From contig CAVXPZ010000001.1 of NCBI GenBank assembly GCA_963763775.1, positions 608,001 through 672,000 of the forward strand: DNA of 64,000 nt. The letters are read 5' to 3'. A program made the translations under genes and the position numbers. This DNA is from an uncultured Chloroflexia bacterium. GTDB taxonomy: Bacteria > Chloroflexota > Limnocylindria > Limnocylindrales > CSP1-4. Positions 19,986-30,262 of the stretch are shown piece by piece. Numbering within the stretch: the first letter of the stretch is position 1; every line of letters begins with the position of its first letter. A model generated the notes under the pieces. The model was given only the letters and a program-made list of their open reading frames with translations, searched no databases and was not told the origin of the DNA.

Positions 19986-20885
19986 TTGCCCGCCCGTCGA
20001 CCCTTTGCCCTCGCGCTGACCGCTGCCGCGATCGCGCTGCTCGCCCTCGTTCCGGCGTCCGTCTCGGCCGCGAGCTCCGTCGTGGAGTGCGGCCAGCTCG
20101 CGGCGTACACCGCGCCGGATCCCCTCGGACCGACCGACGGCAGCGTCCAGCTGGGCCTCTCGGACACGTGGACCATCAACGCCGACGCGACGCTTTCCGC
20201 CGAGGCGGCCGCCGCGCTGCCGAGCGGCTCGGGCAACGGCCCCACCTGCCTGGCGATGGACCTCGACGACAGCGGCCACGTCACGGCGCTCGACTTCTCG
20301 CCGACCGGCAGCCTGAGCGGGCACGTCGCGTTCGATTCGGGCTCGGGGTACTACATCCTCGCGGGTCGGCTCATCGTCCCGACCTTCGTGACCGACGCCA
20401 ACCCGGGCCTCGCGGCCCTGTTCGTGCCGAGCTACCAGGCCGGCACGGTCCTGACGATCTCGTTCACGGTCGACACGACCAGCGGCGGCTTCACCGGCTT
20501 CGACGGGCATGCCGCGTTCTGCGGCAAGGGCAGCGTCACGTCGGGCGGCGACGGGAAGGTCGGGAAGGCCATCATCCCGGCGTCGGTGCTCGACGCCGCT
20601 GACATCAAGGCCCTCAAGGGCGCCGGCAGCCGCACGACGTGCGCCACCGTGCACTCGGTCGGGACGATCGACGCCCAGACCGGGGCACTCAACATCACGA
20701 CGAACGTGTCGATCAAGGTCGCCGCGGCCGGCGCCACGATCACGCCGCCACCGACCTACACCGACGCCGCGGCGGTCGCGCCGGCAGCGGGATCGGGCGC
20801 GCCGATCGTGGCGTGGCTGACGGTCGTCTTCTCCGTCGCCCTCGCGCTTGCCGCCCGCCACGGCCGAGCGCGGTCCAGGTCATGA
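19986..20885 (+). CDS. Secreted beta-rich protein with C-terminal anchor
   Basis: Signal peptide; TPPPTYT motif, TM helix and Arg-rich tail at the C-terminus. Confidence 0.75.
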   Translation: MPARRPFALALTAAAIALLALVPASVSAASSVVECGQLAAYTAPDPLGPTDGSVQLGLSDTWTINADATLSAEAAAALPSGSGNGPTCLAMDLDDSGHVTALDFSPTGSLSGHVAFDSGSGYYILAGRLIVPTFVTDANPGLAALFVPSYQAGTVLTISFTVDTTSGGFTGFDGHAAFCGKGSVTSGGDGKVGKAIIPASVLDAADIKALKGAGSRTTCATVHSVGTIDAQTGALNITTNVSIKVAAAGATITPPPTYTDAAAVAPAAGSGAPIVAWLTVVFSVALALAARHGRARSRS

Positions 20886-20968
20886 CCGTGACCATGGGAC
20901 CATCCCCAACGGCGTCCAGGCCCGTCATCATGGACGAGCATTCATCTCACTCGCGCTAGGAGACCGCG

Positions 20969-21151
20969 TTGACAGCCCTCTATCTCCGCGTCATGGACCT
21001 CGTCAGCCGCGCTGACGACGACGACCGCGGGCAGGGACTGGCGGAGTACGCCCTCATCCTCGCCCTGATCGCGATCGTCGCGATCATCGCCCTCATCTTC
21101 CTCGGTGGACAGGTGAGCAAGATCCTGAGCACGGTCGGCAAGTCGATCTAG
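20969..21151 (+). CDS. flp: Flp family type IV (Tad) pilin
   Basis: RG|QGLAEYALILALIAIV prepilin/Flp motif, 60 aa, AGGAG RBS. Confidence 0.93.
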   Translation: MTALYLRVMDLVSRADDDDRGQGLAEYALILALIAIVAIIALIFLGGQVSKILSTVGKSI

Positions 21152-21171
21152 GATCGGCTTCCGCCACACCG

Positions 21172-21200
21172 AACGGCCCGCCGGACCCCGGCGGGCCGTT
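21172..21200. terminator. Intrinsic terminator-like hairpin
   Basis: AACGGCCCGCCGG-acc-CCGGCGGGCCGTT perfect 13-bp stem between convergent genes. Confidence 0.8.
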
Positions 21201-21230
21201 TCGTGTCCGGCTCACGACGGCTCGAGCGCC

Positions 21231-21587
21231 CTAGCCCACGGAGTACTCGCCGTCCCAGTGCCAGACCGAGTCGGGGTCCTTCGCGTCGCCGACCACGGTC
21301 ACGTCGACGTCGAGCTTGAAGCCCTCGAGCACGCCGGTCCCGGTCCGGAACGAACACTTGGCGAGGACCGGGCCGGCCGGCTGATTCCAGTCGCAGACGC
21401 CCGTCGTGCTGCCGCCGGGAACCTCCATCGATGGATAGGCCAAGCCATCCGAGCCGTCGCCGTTCACGGTGTAGGTGATCTTCGTGCCGGAGGGGATGCG
21501 ATCGAACGTGGAGGTCGAGACCGTGCAGAGCAGGTCGTTCTCGCAGGTCTTGGTCAACCCGAAGTCCAGGGTTCCAGCCGACGTCAT
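21231..21587 (-). CDS. Hypothetical protein
   Basis: Coherent beta-rich ORF with GGAGG RBS. Confidence 0.6.
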   Translation of the reverse strand: MTSAGTLDFGLTKTCENDLLCTVSTSTFDRIPSGTKITYTVNGDGSDGLAYPSMEVPGGSTTGVCDWNQPAGPVLAKCSFRTGTGVLEGFKLDVDVTVVGDAKDPDSVWHWDGEYSVG

Positions 21588-21710
21588 GGCGTTGCCTCCC
21601 AGCGCGACCCTCGGGTTCGTCGCCGGAGCGTGGTCCGACGCGCTACCTGAACGGGACGACGAAGCGTGCCGCAGCGTCGACAGCCTACGGCCGGGCCGTT
21701 CTCCCGCCGT

Positions 21711-22154
21711 TCAGCTCTCGCCCGCCATCGGCGTCTCGAGGTCGCAGTGCACCGCATCGGGCGGTGGCGCGCCGCCATCTCCCCACGGCCCGGCGATGCA
21801 CGAGACATAGAAGGCTCGGACCGTAGCGTCGGCGAGCCGGATCACCACGATCGCGTCGCCGCCCGCCGTTCCTCGCGTGTGCAGGATGTGGCCGCCGTCG
21901 GCCGTGCGAAAGTCGGGCCGGTAGACCTCGATGGAGGACACGGGCGCGTGGCCCGGGGCGCGCTCATCGAGCGTGGCGGTCCCGAACGCCGTCAGGCCGT
22001 CGCAGAGCCAGTCGCCGACGACGGCGTCCGTGCACTGGCGGTCCCCGATGGGATACCCGTCGACGTACGACCGACCGCCGCACGCGCCGACGAGCAGCAG
22101 GGCGCCGACGAGCGACACCAGCCTCGCGATGCGGATCGACCGAACGAGCCCCAC
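21711..22154 (-). CDS. Hypothetical lipoprotein
   Basis: LLLVGAC lipobox, paired cysteines. Confidence 0.6.
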   Translation of the reverse strand: MGLVRSIRIARLVSLVGALLLVGACGGRSYVDGYPIGDRQCTDAVVGDWLCDGLTAFGTATLDERAPGHAPVSSIEVYRPDFRTADGGHILHTRGTAGGDAIVVIRLADATVRAFYVSCIAGPWGDGGAPPPDAVHCDLETPMAGES

Positions 22155-22229
22155 GCCGCGAGGCTAGCGGTTCCGTGGCTCGACGGGCGATGACCCACAA
22201 GTCATCGCCCGCTCAGCAGCTGACGCGAG

Positions 22230-22517
22230 CTAGGTGCCCCGGTAGTAGCTGTCGACCTGCTTCCGGCCGGCGAACGCGCCGACGCCCCATGTCCCGAGGT
22301 CGAGGAGGAGGGTGCAACCGAGGAAGATCCAGTCGAGCAAGCTCAGGCCGTTCAACTGGACGATCCCGTACACGAGGGTCGTCCACGGGATGAACAGGAA
22401 CCCGCCGAGGAACCAGATCGGGGAGCTGAACAGGTTGGACCAGTAGTTCTGGTCGTTCTGCCAGGCGACGAGGAGGATGAACCGGGGCAGGATCGCCCCG
22501 AAGATCGCCATCATCAT
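22230..22517 (-). CDS. Small membrane protein
   Basis: PRF..L, GFLFIPWTTLVY hydrophobic motifs. Confidence 0.7.
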   Translation of the reverse strand: MMMAIFGAILPRFILLVAWQNDQNYWSNLFSSPIWFLGGFLFIPWTTLVYGIVQLNGLSLLDWIFLGCTLLLDLGTWGVGAFAGRKQVDSYYRGT

Positions 22518-22686
22518 GAGACGCACCTCACTGAGCGACCCCGGGGTCGATGGGCTCGGCAACGGGGTGACCGTCGCCACAGTACAGCCCGCTGGCAAGC
22601 GTCCGTCGCGTTCCTTCGTCGTCGTGACGTCATGATCCGGCCCTATCGTTCGTGACGAGATGCTGCACGACCGTGAGGAAACGACC

Positions 22687-23106
22687 ATGACCACCACCGA
22701 CAAGCCCACGACGCCGACCACGAACGACGACTGGCGAGCGACGCTCACACCGATCCAGTACCGCGTGCTGCGCGAGAAGGGCACCGAACCGCCGTTCAGC
22801 GGCGAGCTCTGGGACGACCACCGCTCGGGCACGTTCCGCTGCGCCGGGTGCGGTGCCCCGCTCTTCCGCTCTGATGCCAAGTACGACTCGGGGACGGGCT
22901 GGCCGAGCTTCTTCGCGCCGGCCGACCGCGACGGGGTGCTGACCGCGACCGACCGGACCTACGGGATGACGCGGACCGAGGCGATGTGCGCCAACTGCGG
23001 CGGCCACCTCGGCCACGTCTTCGACGACGGCCCGAACCCCACGGGCCTGCGCTACTGCATCAACTCGGCGGCCCTCACGATGGAGCCCGATCCGGCGCCT
23101 GAGTGA
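22687..23106 (+). CDS. msrB: Peptide-methionine (R)-S-oxide reductase
   Basis: [31 protein letters not shown]. Confidence 0.96.
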   Translation: MTTTDKPTTPTTNDDWRATLTPIQYRVLREKGTEPPFSGELWDDHRSGTFRCAGCGAPLFRSDAKYDSGTGWPSFFAPADRDGVLTATDRTYGMTRTEAMCANCGGHLGHVFDDGPNPTGLRYCINSAALTMEPDPAPE

Positions 23107-23135
23107 CCAGCGGAGCGACAGGTCCAGCCGCTGCT

Positions 23136-24657
23136 CTACTCCGCCGGCTTGTCGCCGAAGATCGTGTAGTGCCAGCCCTTCTCGGCCTCGCCGGTGAGCT
23201 CGAGCATCACGTGCTTCACCTGCGTGTACTCCTCGAAGGAGTACGTCGACATGTCCTTGCCGGTACCTGACTGCTTGAAGCCGCCGTGGGGCATCTCGGA
23301 CGTCACCATGAGGTGGTCGTTGACCTGCACGTGTCCGAAGTTGAGCGTGCGGGCGGCCTCCATGGCCGTGAAGACGTCCCGGGTCCAGATCGAGGCCGCG
23401 AGCCCGTAGCGGGTGTCGTTCGCCATCTCGAGCGCCTCGTCGACCGTGTCGAACGGCACGACCGCCAACACTGGGCCGAACACCTCGTCCTGCACGATCT
23501 CGCTGTTCTGAGCGCAGTCCGCGAGGAGCGTCGGGCGGTAGAAGGCGCCGTCGGGCAGGCCCGGCACATCGGGCCGGAACCCGCCCGCCGCCACGCGCGC
23601 GCCGTCGGCCTTCGCCCGGTCCACGAACCCGGCCACGCGCGCGACCTGCGTCTCGGAGATGAGCGTGCCGAGGTCCGTGGACGGGTCGAACGGGTCGCCC
23701 ACGCGGACGCCGTCGAAGAGCTCCGCCGTTCGTGTGAGGAACGCGTCGTAGACGCTGCGGTGCACGTACGCGCGCGTCGCGGCCGTGCAGTCCTGGCCGC
23801 CGTTGATGAGCGCCCCGGCGGTCGCGCCGCGGGCGGCGGCCTCGATGTCGGCGTCGGCGCAGACGATGAACGGCGCCTTCCCGCCAAGCTCGAGGTGGAC
23901 GCGCTTGAGGTTCGCCGCCGCGAGCGCCTGGATCCGCTTGCCGGTCTCGGTGTCGCCGGTGAGCGAGATGAGGTCCACGTCCATGTGCGCGGCGAGCGCG
24001 GCGCCAACGACGTCGCCACGGCCCGTCACGACGTTCAAGACGCCGTCCGGGACCCCGGCTTCCTTGGCCAGCTCCGCGAGCCGCACGGTCGTGATGGGCG
24101 TCGCGGACGCGGGCTTGAGGACGATCGAGTTCCCTGCCGCCAGCGCCGGTCCGATCTTCCAGATCGCCATCCACATCGGATAGTTCCATGGGCTGACCTG
24201 GCCCACGACCCCGATCGGCTCGCGTCGCACGAAGCTCGTGTGCGAGCCCGTGTACTCGTACGCGCCTTTGCCCTCGAGATGGCGGATGCACGTCGCGAAG
24301 AACCGCAGGTTGTCCGAGGCGAAGGCGAAGTCCGATTCGCGTCGGAGCTTGTAGGACGTCCCCGTCTGGAGCGTCTCGAGGTGCGCGAGGTCGTCCGCGT
24401 CGCGGTCGAGGAGGTCGCCGAGCCGATTCATGATCGCGACGCGGTCGGGCATCGCCATCCGGTGCCAGCGGCCGTCCTTGAACGCCATCGCGGGCCGCGG
24501 CCACGGCTCTATCGACGTCCGCCTCGGTGCCGTCGGGGACGCGCCCGACGAGCTCGCGCGTCGCAGGACTCCGGACCTCGAGCCAGCGGCCGCTCGACGA
24601 CGGCGAGGACACGCCGTCGATGAACATCGGATAGTCGGTGGTGACCTCGACGGCCAT
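23136..24657 (-). CDS. NAD-dependent aldehyde dehydrogenase, aminobutyraldehyde DH-like (indel near 24490)
   Basis: PWNYP, LELGGKAP, GQDCTA, EVFGPV, EMPHGGFKQSG. Confidence 0.9.
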
Positions 24658-24710
24658 GACGATCGCCTCCGGGTGTGTCAGATGGAGCTCGCCGCGAGTC
24701 TAGCGCCGCC

Positions 24711-25886
24711 TCAGTCGCGCGAGCGTTCCCGTTCCAGCACCGCCCGCGCGAACCCGGCGAGCGCGACGTCCTCGAGCGGCGGGTTGATGAGGCCCGCGCG
24801 GGCGTCCCGGAAGGCCCGCTCGAGGCGGCCGGCGAGGAACCCGGGGCCGCCGGCGATGCGCAGGGCCTCGTCGGTCGCGTCGACCGCCGCACGCGTGCAC
24901 ACGACCTTGGCCAACGCGAGGTCATCGCCGGCACCGGTCTCGTCGTACCGGCGGGCCGCGCCGAGCAGCACGAGCCGGGCGGCCCGCAGGGTCGCGTCGA
25001 GGCGACCGAGCCGGACCTGGACGCTCGGCACGTCGGCGACCGATGTCGAGCCGTCGCCGGGCCGGCGATCGAGCGCCCACCGGGCGACGTCGGTGCGGGC
25101 GCCCTCCCCCACCCCGAGGTAGGTCGCGGCGACCGCGGCGGCGAACCAGGCGCCCGGCACCGCGCCGCGAGGATCGGGCTCGTCACTACGTCGTCGCATC
25201 ACGAGCGCCGCGGCCGGGACCCGGACGTCATCGAGGACGAGGCGGCCGGAGGCCGACCCGCGCATCCCCATCGCCTCGAAGCCCGGCAGCCGCGTGACGC
25301 CGTCGAGCGACAGATCGACGAGGAAGCTGCCGACCTCCGGGGTGGCGGAGCCCGGGTTCGTGGAGCTCGGGCGCGGCCCGTCGCCACCGTGCTCCGCGAT
25401 CCGCGCTGACACGAACGCGTATGAGAGGTTCGGCAGCCACGTCGTCCAGGTCTTCTCGCCGGTGAGCCGCCACGCATCGCCGTCGAGGCGGGCGGTCGTC
25501 CCCGGGATCGCGCCACGGGCCGGCGACCCGCCGCCCTCCTCGGTCGCCGCGTTGTTCACGAGCGCGCCGTCCTCGACGACCGCGCGGAACACCTCGGCAC
25601 GGAGCGTTTCGGGAACGGCCGGCGCATCCCGCAACGCTCCGAGCACGTGGGTCTGCATGGCGAACCCGAGCGCCGTCGCCCCATCGACGGCGCCGATCGC
25701 GGCAAGGATGTCCGCCGCGTCGACCATCGAGGCGCCCAGACCGCCGGCCGCCACCGGCACGACCGCCCGGTGCAGACCGGCCTCCACGATGGCGGCGGCC
25801 GCTCGCGGGTCGAACGTGTCCCCGAGGTCGAGCGCGCGGAGCCGCGCGACCGCGTCGGCGAGGGCCGCTTCGAGTTCGGGGCTCAT
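24711..25886 (-). CDS. Acyl-CoA dehydrogenase-family flavoprotein (DszC/YdbM-like)
   Basis: GEKTWTT, GMRGSAS, ATYLGVGEGA, LERAFRDARAG. Confidence 0.85.
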   Translation of the reverse strand: MSPELEAALADAVARLRALDLGDTFDPRAAAAIVEAGLHRAVVPVAAGGLGASMVDAADILAAIGAVDGATALGFAMQTHVLGALRDAPAVPETLRAEVFRAVVEDGALVNNAATEEGGGSPARGAIPGTTARLDGDAWRLTGEKTWTTWLPNLSYAFVSARIAEHGGDGPRPSSTNPGSATPEVGSFLVDLSLDGVTRLPGFEAMGMRGSASGRLVLDDVRVPAAALVMRRRSDEPDPRGAVPGAWFAAAVAATYLGVGEGARTDVARWALDRRPGDGSTSVADVPSVQVRLGRLDATLRAARLVLLGAARRYDETGAGDDLALAKVVCTRAAVDATDEALRIAGGPGFLAGRLERAFRDARAGLINPPLEDVALAGFARAVLERERSRD

Positions 25887-26479
25887 GACGCGCGCCCCAC
25901 GCGCATCGGTCCGACCGGCCGTCCGGCCGCCGAATCGGTGATCAGCGCGGCCATCCGCCGCTCGCGCGTCGCTGCCTGCTTGGCGCTCGTCACCCAGTGC
26001 GTGACGGTCCGCCGATATGACGGCGACCGCCGCTCCCAGTCGGCCCACGCGGCGGGCACGTCCTGCAGGGCCGCGATCTCGGCCTCGGAGAAGACGGCGG
26101 CCTCGCGCTCATACGAGTAGATCGCGGTCTTCTCCGGCGAGCGGGCGTCGAAGGCTGCGAGACCGGCCGGCCGCATCCGGCCCGCCGCCGTCAGGGCCTC
26201 GACCTTCGCCACGTTGATGGCGCTCCAGTTGCTCCCCTTGCGCCGCGGCGTGAACCGCTGCGCGTACGACATCTCGTCGAGGCTGTATCGGACCCCGTCG
26301 ATCCACCCGACGCACAGCGCCTCGTCGACCGAGGACGACCAGTCCACGCTCGGGCGGCCGGTCGCCTTGCGGTAGGCGCCGAGCCAGAGCTCGTCCGCGG
26401 TCGCATGGTTCGCGTCGAACCAGTCGCGGAGCTCCTCGGATGACGCGAAGAACCGGACATCGCGCGGCGTGAGCTTCAA
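25883..26479 (-). CDS. YdeI/OmpD-associated family protein
   Basis: EALCVGWIDG, RFTPRRKGSNWSAIN, WVTSAKQ..TRERR. Confidence 0.9.
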   Translation of the reverse strand: MKLTPRDVRFFASSEELRDWFDANHATADELWLGAYRKATGRPSVDWSSSVDEALCVGWIDGVRYSLDEMSYAQRFTPRRKGSNWSAINVAKVEALTAAGRMRPAGLAAFDARSPEKTAIYSYEREAAVFSEAEIAALQDVPAAWADWERRSPSYRRTVTHWVTSAKQAATRERRMAALITDSAAGRPVGPMRVGRAS

Positions 26480-27955
26480 CGTGGCGCCGCCTCGCGCAAC
26501 AACGCCCAGACCCGCTCGACGTGGCGCTGCTCCGTCCGCAGGTTCCCGAGCGAGACCCGGATCGTGAACTGCCCGGCGAGCCGGGTGTGCGAGAGGAAGA
26601 CCTCGCCGGTCCGGTTGACGGCGTCCATGATCGCCGCGTTCGCGTCGTCGAGGGCCTCGTCGGCGCCGGTCCAGCCGCGTGGGCGCCAGCGGAAGCAGAC
26701 GGTCGAGAACGGGACGGGCGCCAGTCGCTCCCAGTCTGGATCGGCCTCGACCTGCGCGGCGAACCACTCGGCCATCTCGAGGTGTTGCCGGATCCGCCGT
26801 CGCAGCCCCTCGAGCCCGAACCAGCGGAGCAGCATCCAGAGCTTGAGCGCCCGGAAGCGTCGGCCGAGCTGCGGTGTGTACTCGTTGTAGTCGTGGACCG
26901 GCGTGGCACGGTCCAGGGTCCGCAGGTACTCCGGCACGAGGCTGAACGCCGCCCGCAGCACGTCCATCCGCCTCGACAGCAGCAGCGAGGCGTCCATCGG
27001 CGTGAACAGCCACTTGTGCGGGTTGACGACGATCGAGTCCGCTCGCTCCCAGCCGGCGAACGGCTCGCGGCGCTCCGGGAGCAGCGCGACGGCCCCGGCA
27101 TACGCCGAATCGACGTGCAGCCAGACGCCCTCCGCCTCCGCCACAGCCGCGACGTCAGCGACCGAGTCCACCGACGTGGACGATGTCGTGCCGACCGTCG
27201 CGACGATGGCGATCGGCCGCCGGCCCGCGGTGCGGTCCTCCTCGATCGCCGCGCTGAGCGCCTCGACGCGCATCTCGAAGCGGTCGTTCGCCGGGATCCG
27301 GACGAGCGCGTCACGCCCGAGTCCCAGCGTCATGCAGGCCTTCTCGATCGAGCTGTGCGCCTCGGTGGACGCGTAGACGCGCAGGGCCGGGAGATCCGGT
27401 CGCCCGGTCAGCCCGTGCTGGGCGACGTCGAAGCCGGCGGCTTCGCGCGCCGCGGCGAGCGCGATCAGCGAGGACGTCGAGGCTGTGTCCGTGATGAGCC
27501 CGTCGAAGGTCTCCGGCAACCCGAGCGCCTGGCGCAGCCAGTCGACGACGACCTGCTCGAGCTCCGTGCCGATCGGCGAGGTCCGCCACAGCATCGGGTT
27601 CTGGCCGATCGTGGCGGTCAGCATCTCGCCGAGGATCCCGGGACTGGACGCGGTGGTCGCGAAGTACGCCATGAAGCCCGGGTGCTGCCACTGGGTCGCG
27701 TTGGGTTCGACGAGCCGCTGGTAGTCCGCCAGGATCGCCTCGAGCGCCTCCGGGTCCTCCGGCGCGCTCGTCGGGAACTGCGGTCGCAGCGACCCGGGTT
27801 CGATGGACGGGAAGACGTCGCGCGACTCGACCGTCTCGAGGTAGTCCGCCATGAGATCGGCGACGGCGTGGGCCGCGGCACGGAAGTCGTCGGGCGCCAT
27901 GTCGCCGAACTCGGGCGTGGTCGCCGGGAGCGCGGTGCGCGGCTCGCTGAGTCAT
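26476..27955 (-). CDS. PLP-dependent group II (aromatic-L-amino-acid-type) decarboxylase
   Basis: WQHPGFMAYF, AHSSIEK, GTT, WLHVDSAY, NPHKW; ATG 27955 needs an indel, otherwise start is 27900. Confidence 0.92.
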
Positions 27956-27999
27956 GCGCCCGAGTGTACCCAGCGGGCGACGCCGGCCGGGCGCGGGGG

Positions 28000-29018
28000 T
28001 CAGATGGATTCGCCGACCGTGGAGAGGATCGTGCTGACCTGGCCGCCGAGGAAGATGAGCGCGACGATCGAGACCACGAAGATCAGGAACAGGATCCCGA
28101 TCACGAGGAGGCACGCCATCGCGAGGCCACCGGAGCCTGCGCCTGCCGGTCGGACGAGCGCCGTGTTGGCAAATCGGTCGTGCAGGCCCTGTTTCGTGGA
28201 GCTCGTCGCCGTCGTGATCAGGAGCGCGATGACCCACACCAGCTGGATCAGCGAGCTGGTGCCAGCCAGGGCCGGGGCCAATGCCAGCAACCCGATCCAG
28301 ATGCCGTACCCGGCCCAGCGGCGGACCGCCTGCTCGAGCGTCAGGGACCGGCCGTCGAACGCGTTGCCGACCTGGATGTTGAAGATGCGCTGGCCCGGGC
28401 TTGCGCGCCGGCCACCGGTCCAGAAGAAGACGAAGTACACGAGGCTGAGGATGACCAGCGGCACGGTGAACGCGGCCCCGGTGACATTGGTGTAGTAGGA
28501 GGCCGACGTGCCGTCCGCGCTCTGCCGGATCGTCGTGGTCCCGGCACCGAGGAGACCGCCGATGAATCCCCCGACGATCCCGAGGATGATCAGGTCGACG
28601 ATGTACCCGACCAGGCGCGGCGCCGTCCCGGCGAAGGACAGGCCGGGCGCGCCCGGGACCTCGACGGCCTTGGGCGGGGCGGCCCAGCCCACGGCCGGTG
28701 CCGCGGGTCCGGACGGTGGCGCGCCGGCGGCGGGCGCCTGGCCTTCTGGCGCGCCCCAACCGACCGGCGCCGCGGAGATGAGCCCGGCAGCGGGCGCGGC
28801 GGCCTCGACGGCCGGCGCCGCCACGTCGGGGGTCGGCACGACCTCGGTCGGCGTCGCGTCCTGGGTCGGCGGGTGGGCGTCGGTCGGCGCATCACCGGCG
28901 CTCGGTCGGCCTCTCCGGCGTCCGCGGGCGGCTCTGCGTGCGCGCCAGGGTCGTCCGGTTTGGCGTCCCAGGGCATCGGTCGCGGCGTGGGGTCCTCGGG
29001 CGGCGTGGCGTCGCTCAT
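28000..29018 (-). CDS. RDD family membrane protein with Pro/Ala-rich N-terminus and Flp-pilin-like C-terminal tail (indel near 28915)
   Basis: RLVGYIVD, YF..FW...SPGQR, KQGLHDRFANT RDD motifs. Confidence 0.88.
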
Positions 29019-29139
29019 GCGTGCAATGTAGGCCGCCGACGCAAGGGATGTACGCCGAATCCGACGTGTCGGTCCGATGAGGGCCGGGTGTAGCCTTTGG
29101 ACGGGTCGACTCCGACCGCAGCCGCAGAGGCAACGCAGC

Positions 29140-29356
29140 ATGACCAAGACCGCGCGTCGTTCACACCATCCGAAGCGACCGACCGCCACGTCATCGCCGA
29201 CGGCATCGGGGACCGGCGGGTTCTGGCGGATGGTCGGCAACTCCGAGTCGATCAACGGGATGCCGAACGGGATCTTCGGGGTCGCGCTGGCGCGTCGCGG
29301 CCGCGCTGGTCCTCTACCCGGTGACGCGCCTGGTCCGCTCCGTCCTCAGACGCTGA
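29140..29356 (+). CDS. Possible small membrane protein (frameshifted)
   Basis: ATG at 29140; a shift near 29290 gives ...VAAALVLYPVTRLVRSVLRR*. Confidence 0.4.
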
Positions 29357-29948
29357 CGGCCGGCACGGACCGCCACATCGTCGAAACCGGCGTCTGGTCG
29401 ATCACCGACACGAACCCACCGATGCGCCGGAATCCCGCCCGCTCGTATCGATGGTCGTTCGACGGGTTCGTGGACTCGAGGTAGCAGGGCACGCCGGCCG
29501 CGTCCCATCTGGCGAGGTCGTCGGCGAGGAGTCCCAGGCCGATCCCCCGGCCGCGATGCTCGGGATGCGTCGCGAGGAGGCTGAGATACATGTGCGGTTC
29601 AGCCGGTCGAACGGTCTCGAAGCGGTCCCAGAGCTCGTAGAGGGCCGCGGCACGATCGGGCGCGAGCGACCTGTCGACAAGGGCATGCGCCTCAGCGAGC
29701 CCTTCGTCCGAGAGCTCGCTCCCGTCTGGAGGCAGCCAGACCGAGACCGCGGCCGCACCGTCGGTCATGAACAGCGTCCCATACCCGAAGGCCCCCTCGA
29801 TGAACATCCTCCAGTACGCGGCGTGATGCGCCGTGGATCCGTCGAGGCCGGCGAGGGCGACGTCCCAGACCGGGTCGTCGGCGAATGCCAGGGTGATGGT
29901 CTCGGTGACGCGGTCGAGGTCGCCGCGCGTCGCTGGGCGGGATGCCAT
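29346..29948 (-). CDS. GNAT N-acetyltransferase (puromycin acetyltransferase-like)
   Basis: AF.DDP, YLSLLATHPEHRGRGIG, YLESTNP.N..RYERAGF. Confidence 0.9.
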   Translation of the reverse strand: MASRPATRGDLDRVTETITLAFADDPVWDVALAGLDGSTAHHAAYWRMFIEGAFGYGTLFMTDGAAAVSVWLPPDGSELSDEGLAEAHALVDRSLAPDRAAALYELWDRFETVRPAEPHMYLSLLATHPEHRGRGIGLGLLADDLARWDAAGVPCYLESTNPSNDHRYERAGFRRIGGFVSVIDQTPVSTMWRSVPAVSV

Positions 29949-30230
29949 GGTGTCATGGTAGGCGACCGTCGAGACGCCCCAAAGGCGCGGTTCGTCGTCG
30001 GTTCGAGGACGGCGTGGTCAGACGAATGCCACGCCGAAGGTCATGTTCCGCAGCGTCGAGGGCGTCGCTATCCTGCGGCGATGGCCACGTCTGCGCCGCG
30101 GTTGGTGTTCAGCTTCGACACGTGCACCTCGAAGATGCCGACAGTGCACGCCGGCATATCGGTCGGGACGATGTACGAGAGGTACAGCTGACTCGATGAG
30201 CTGTCGCTGTCCCGACGCCCCCACGTGTCA

Positions 30231-30262
30231 AGGCCCCGGTCCGCATGACGCGGCCGGGGCCT
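30231..30262 (-). terminator. Hairpin downstream of tRNA
   Basis: AGGCCCCGG...CCGGGGCCT inverted repeat 16 nt past the tRNA CCA end. Confidence 0.6.
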
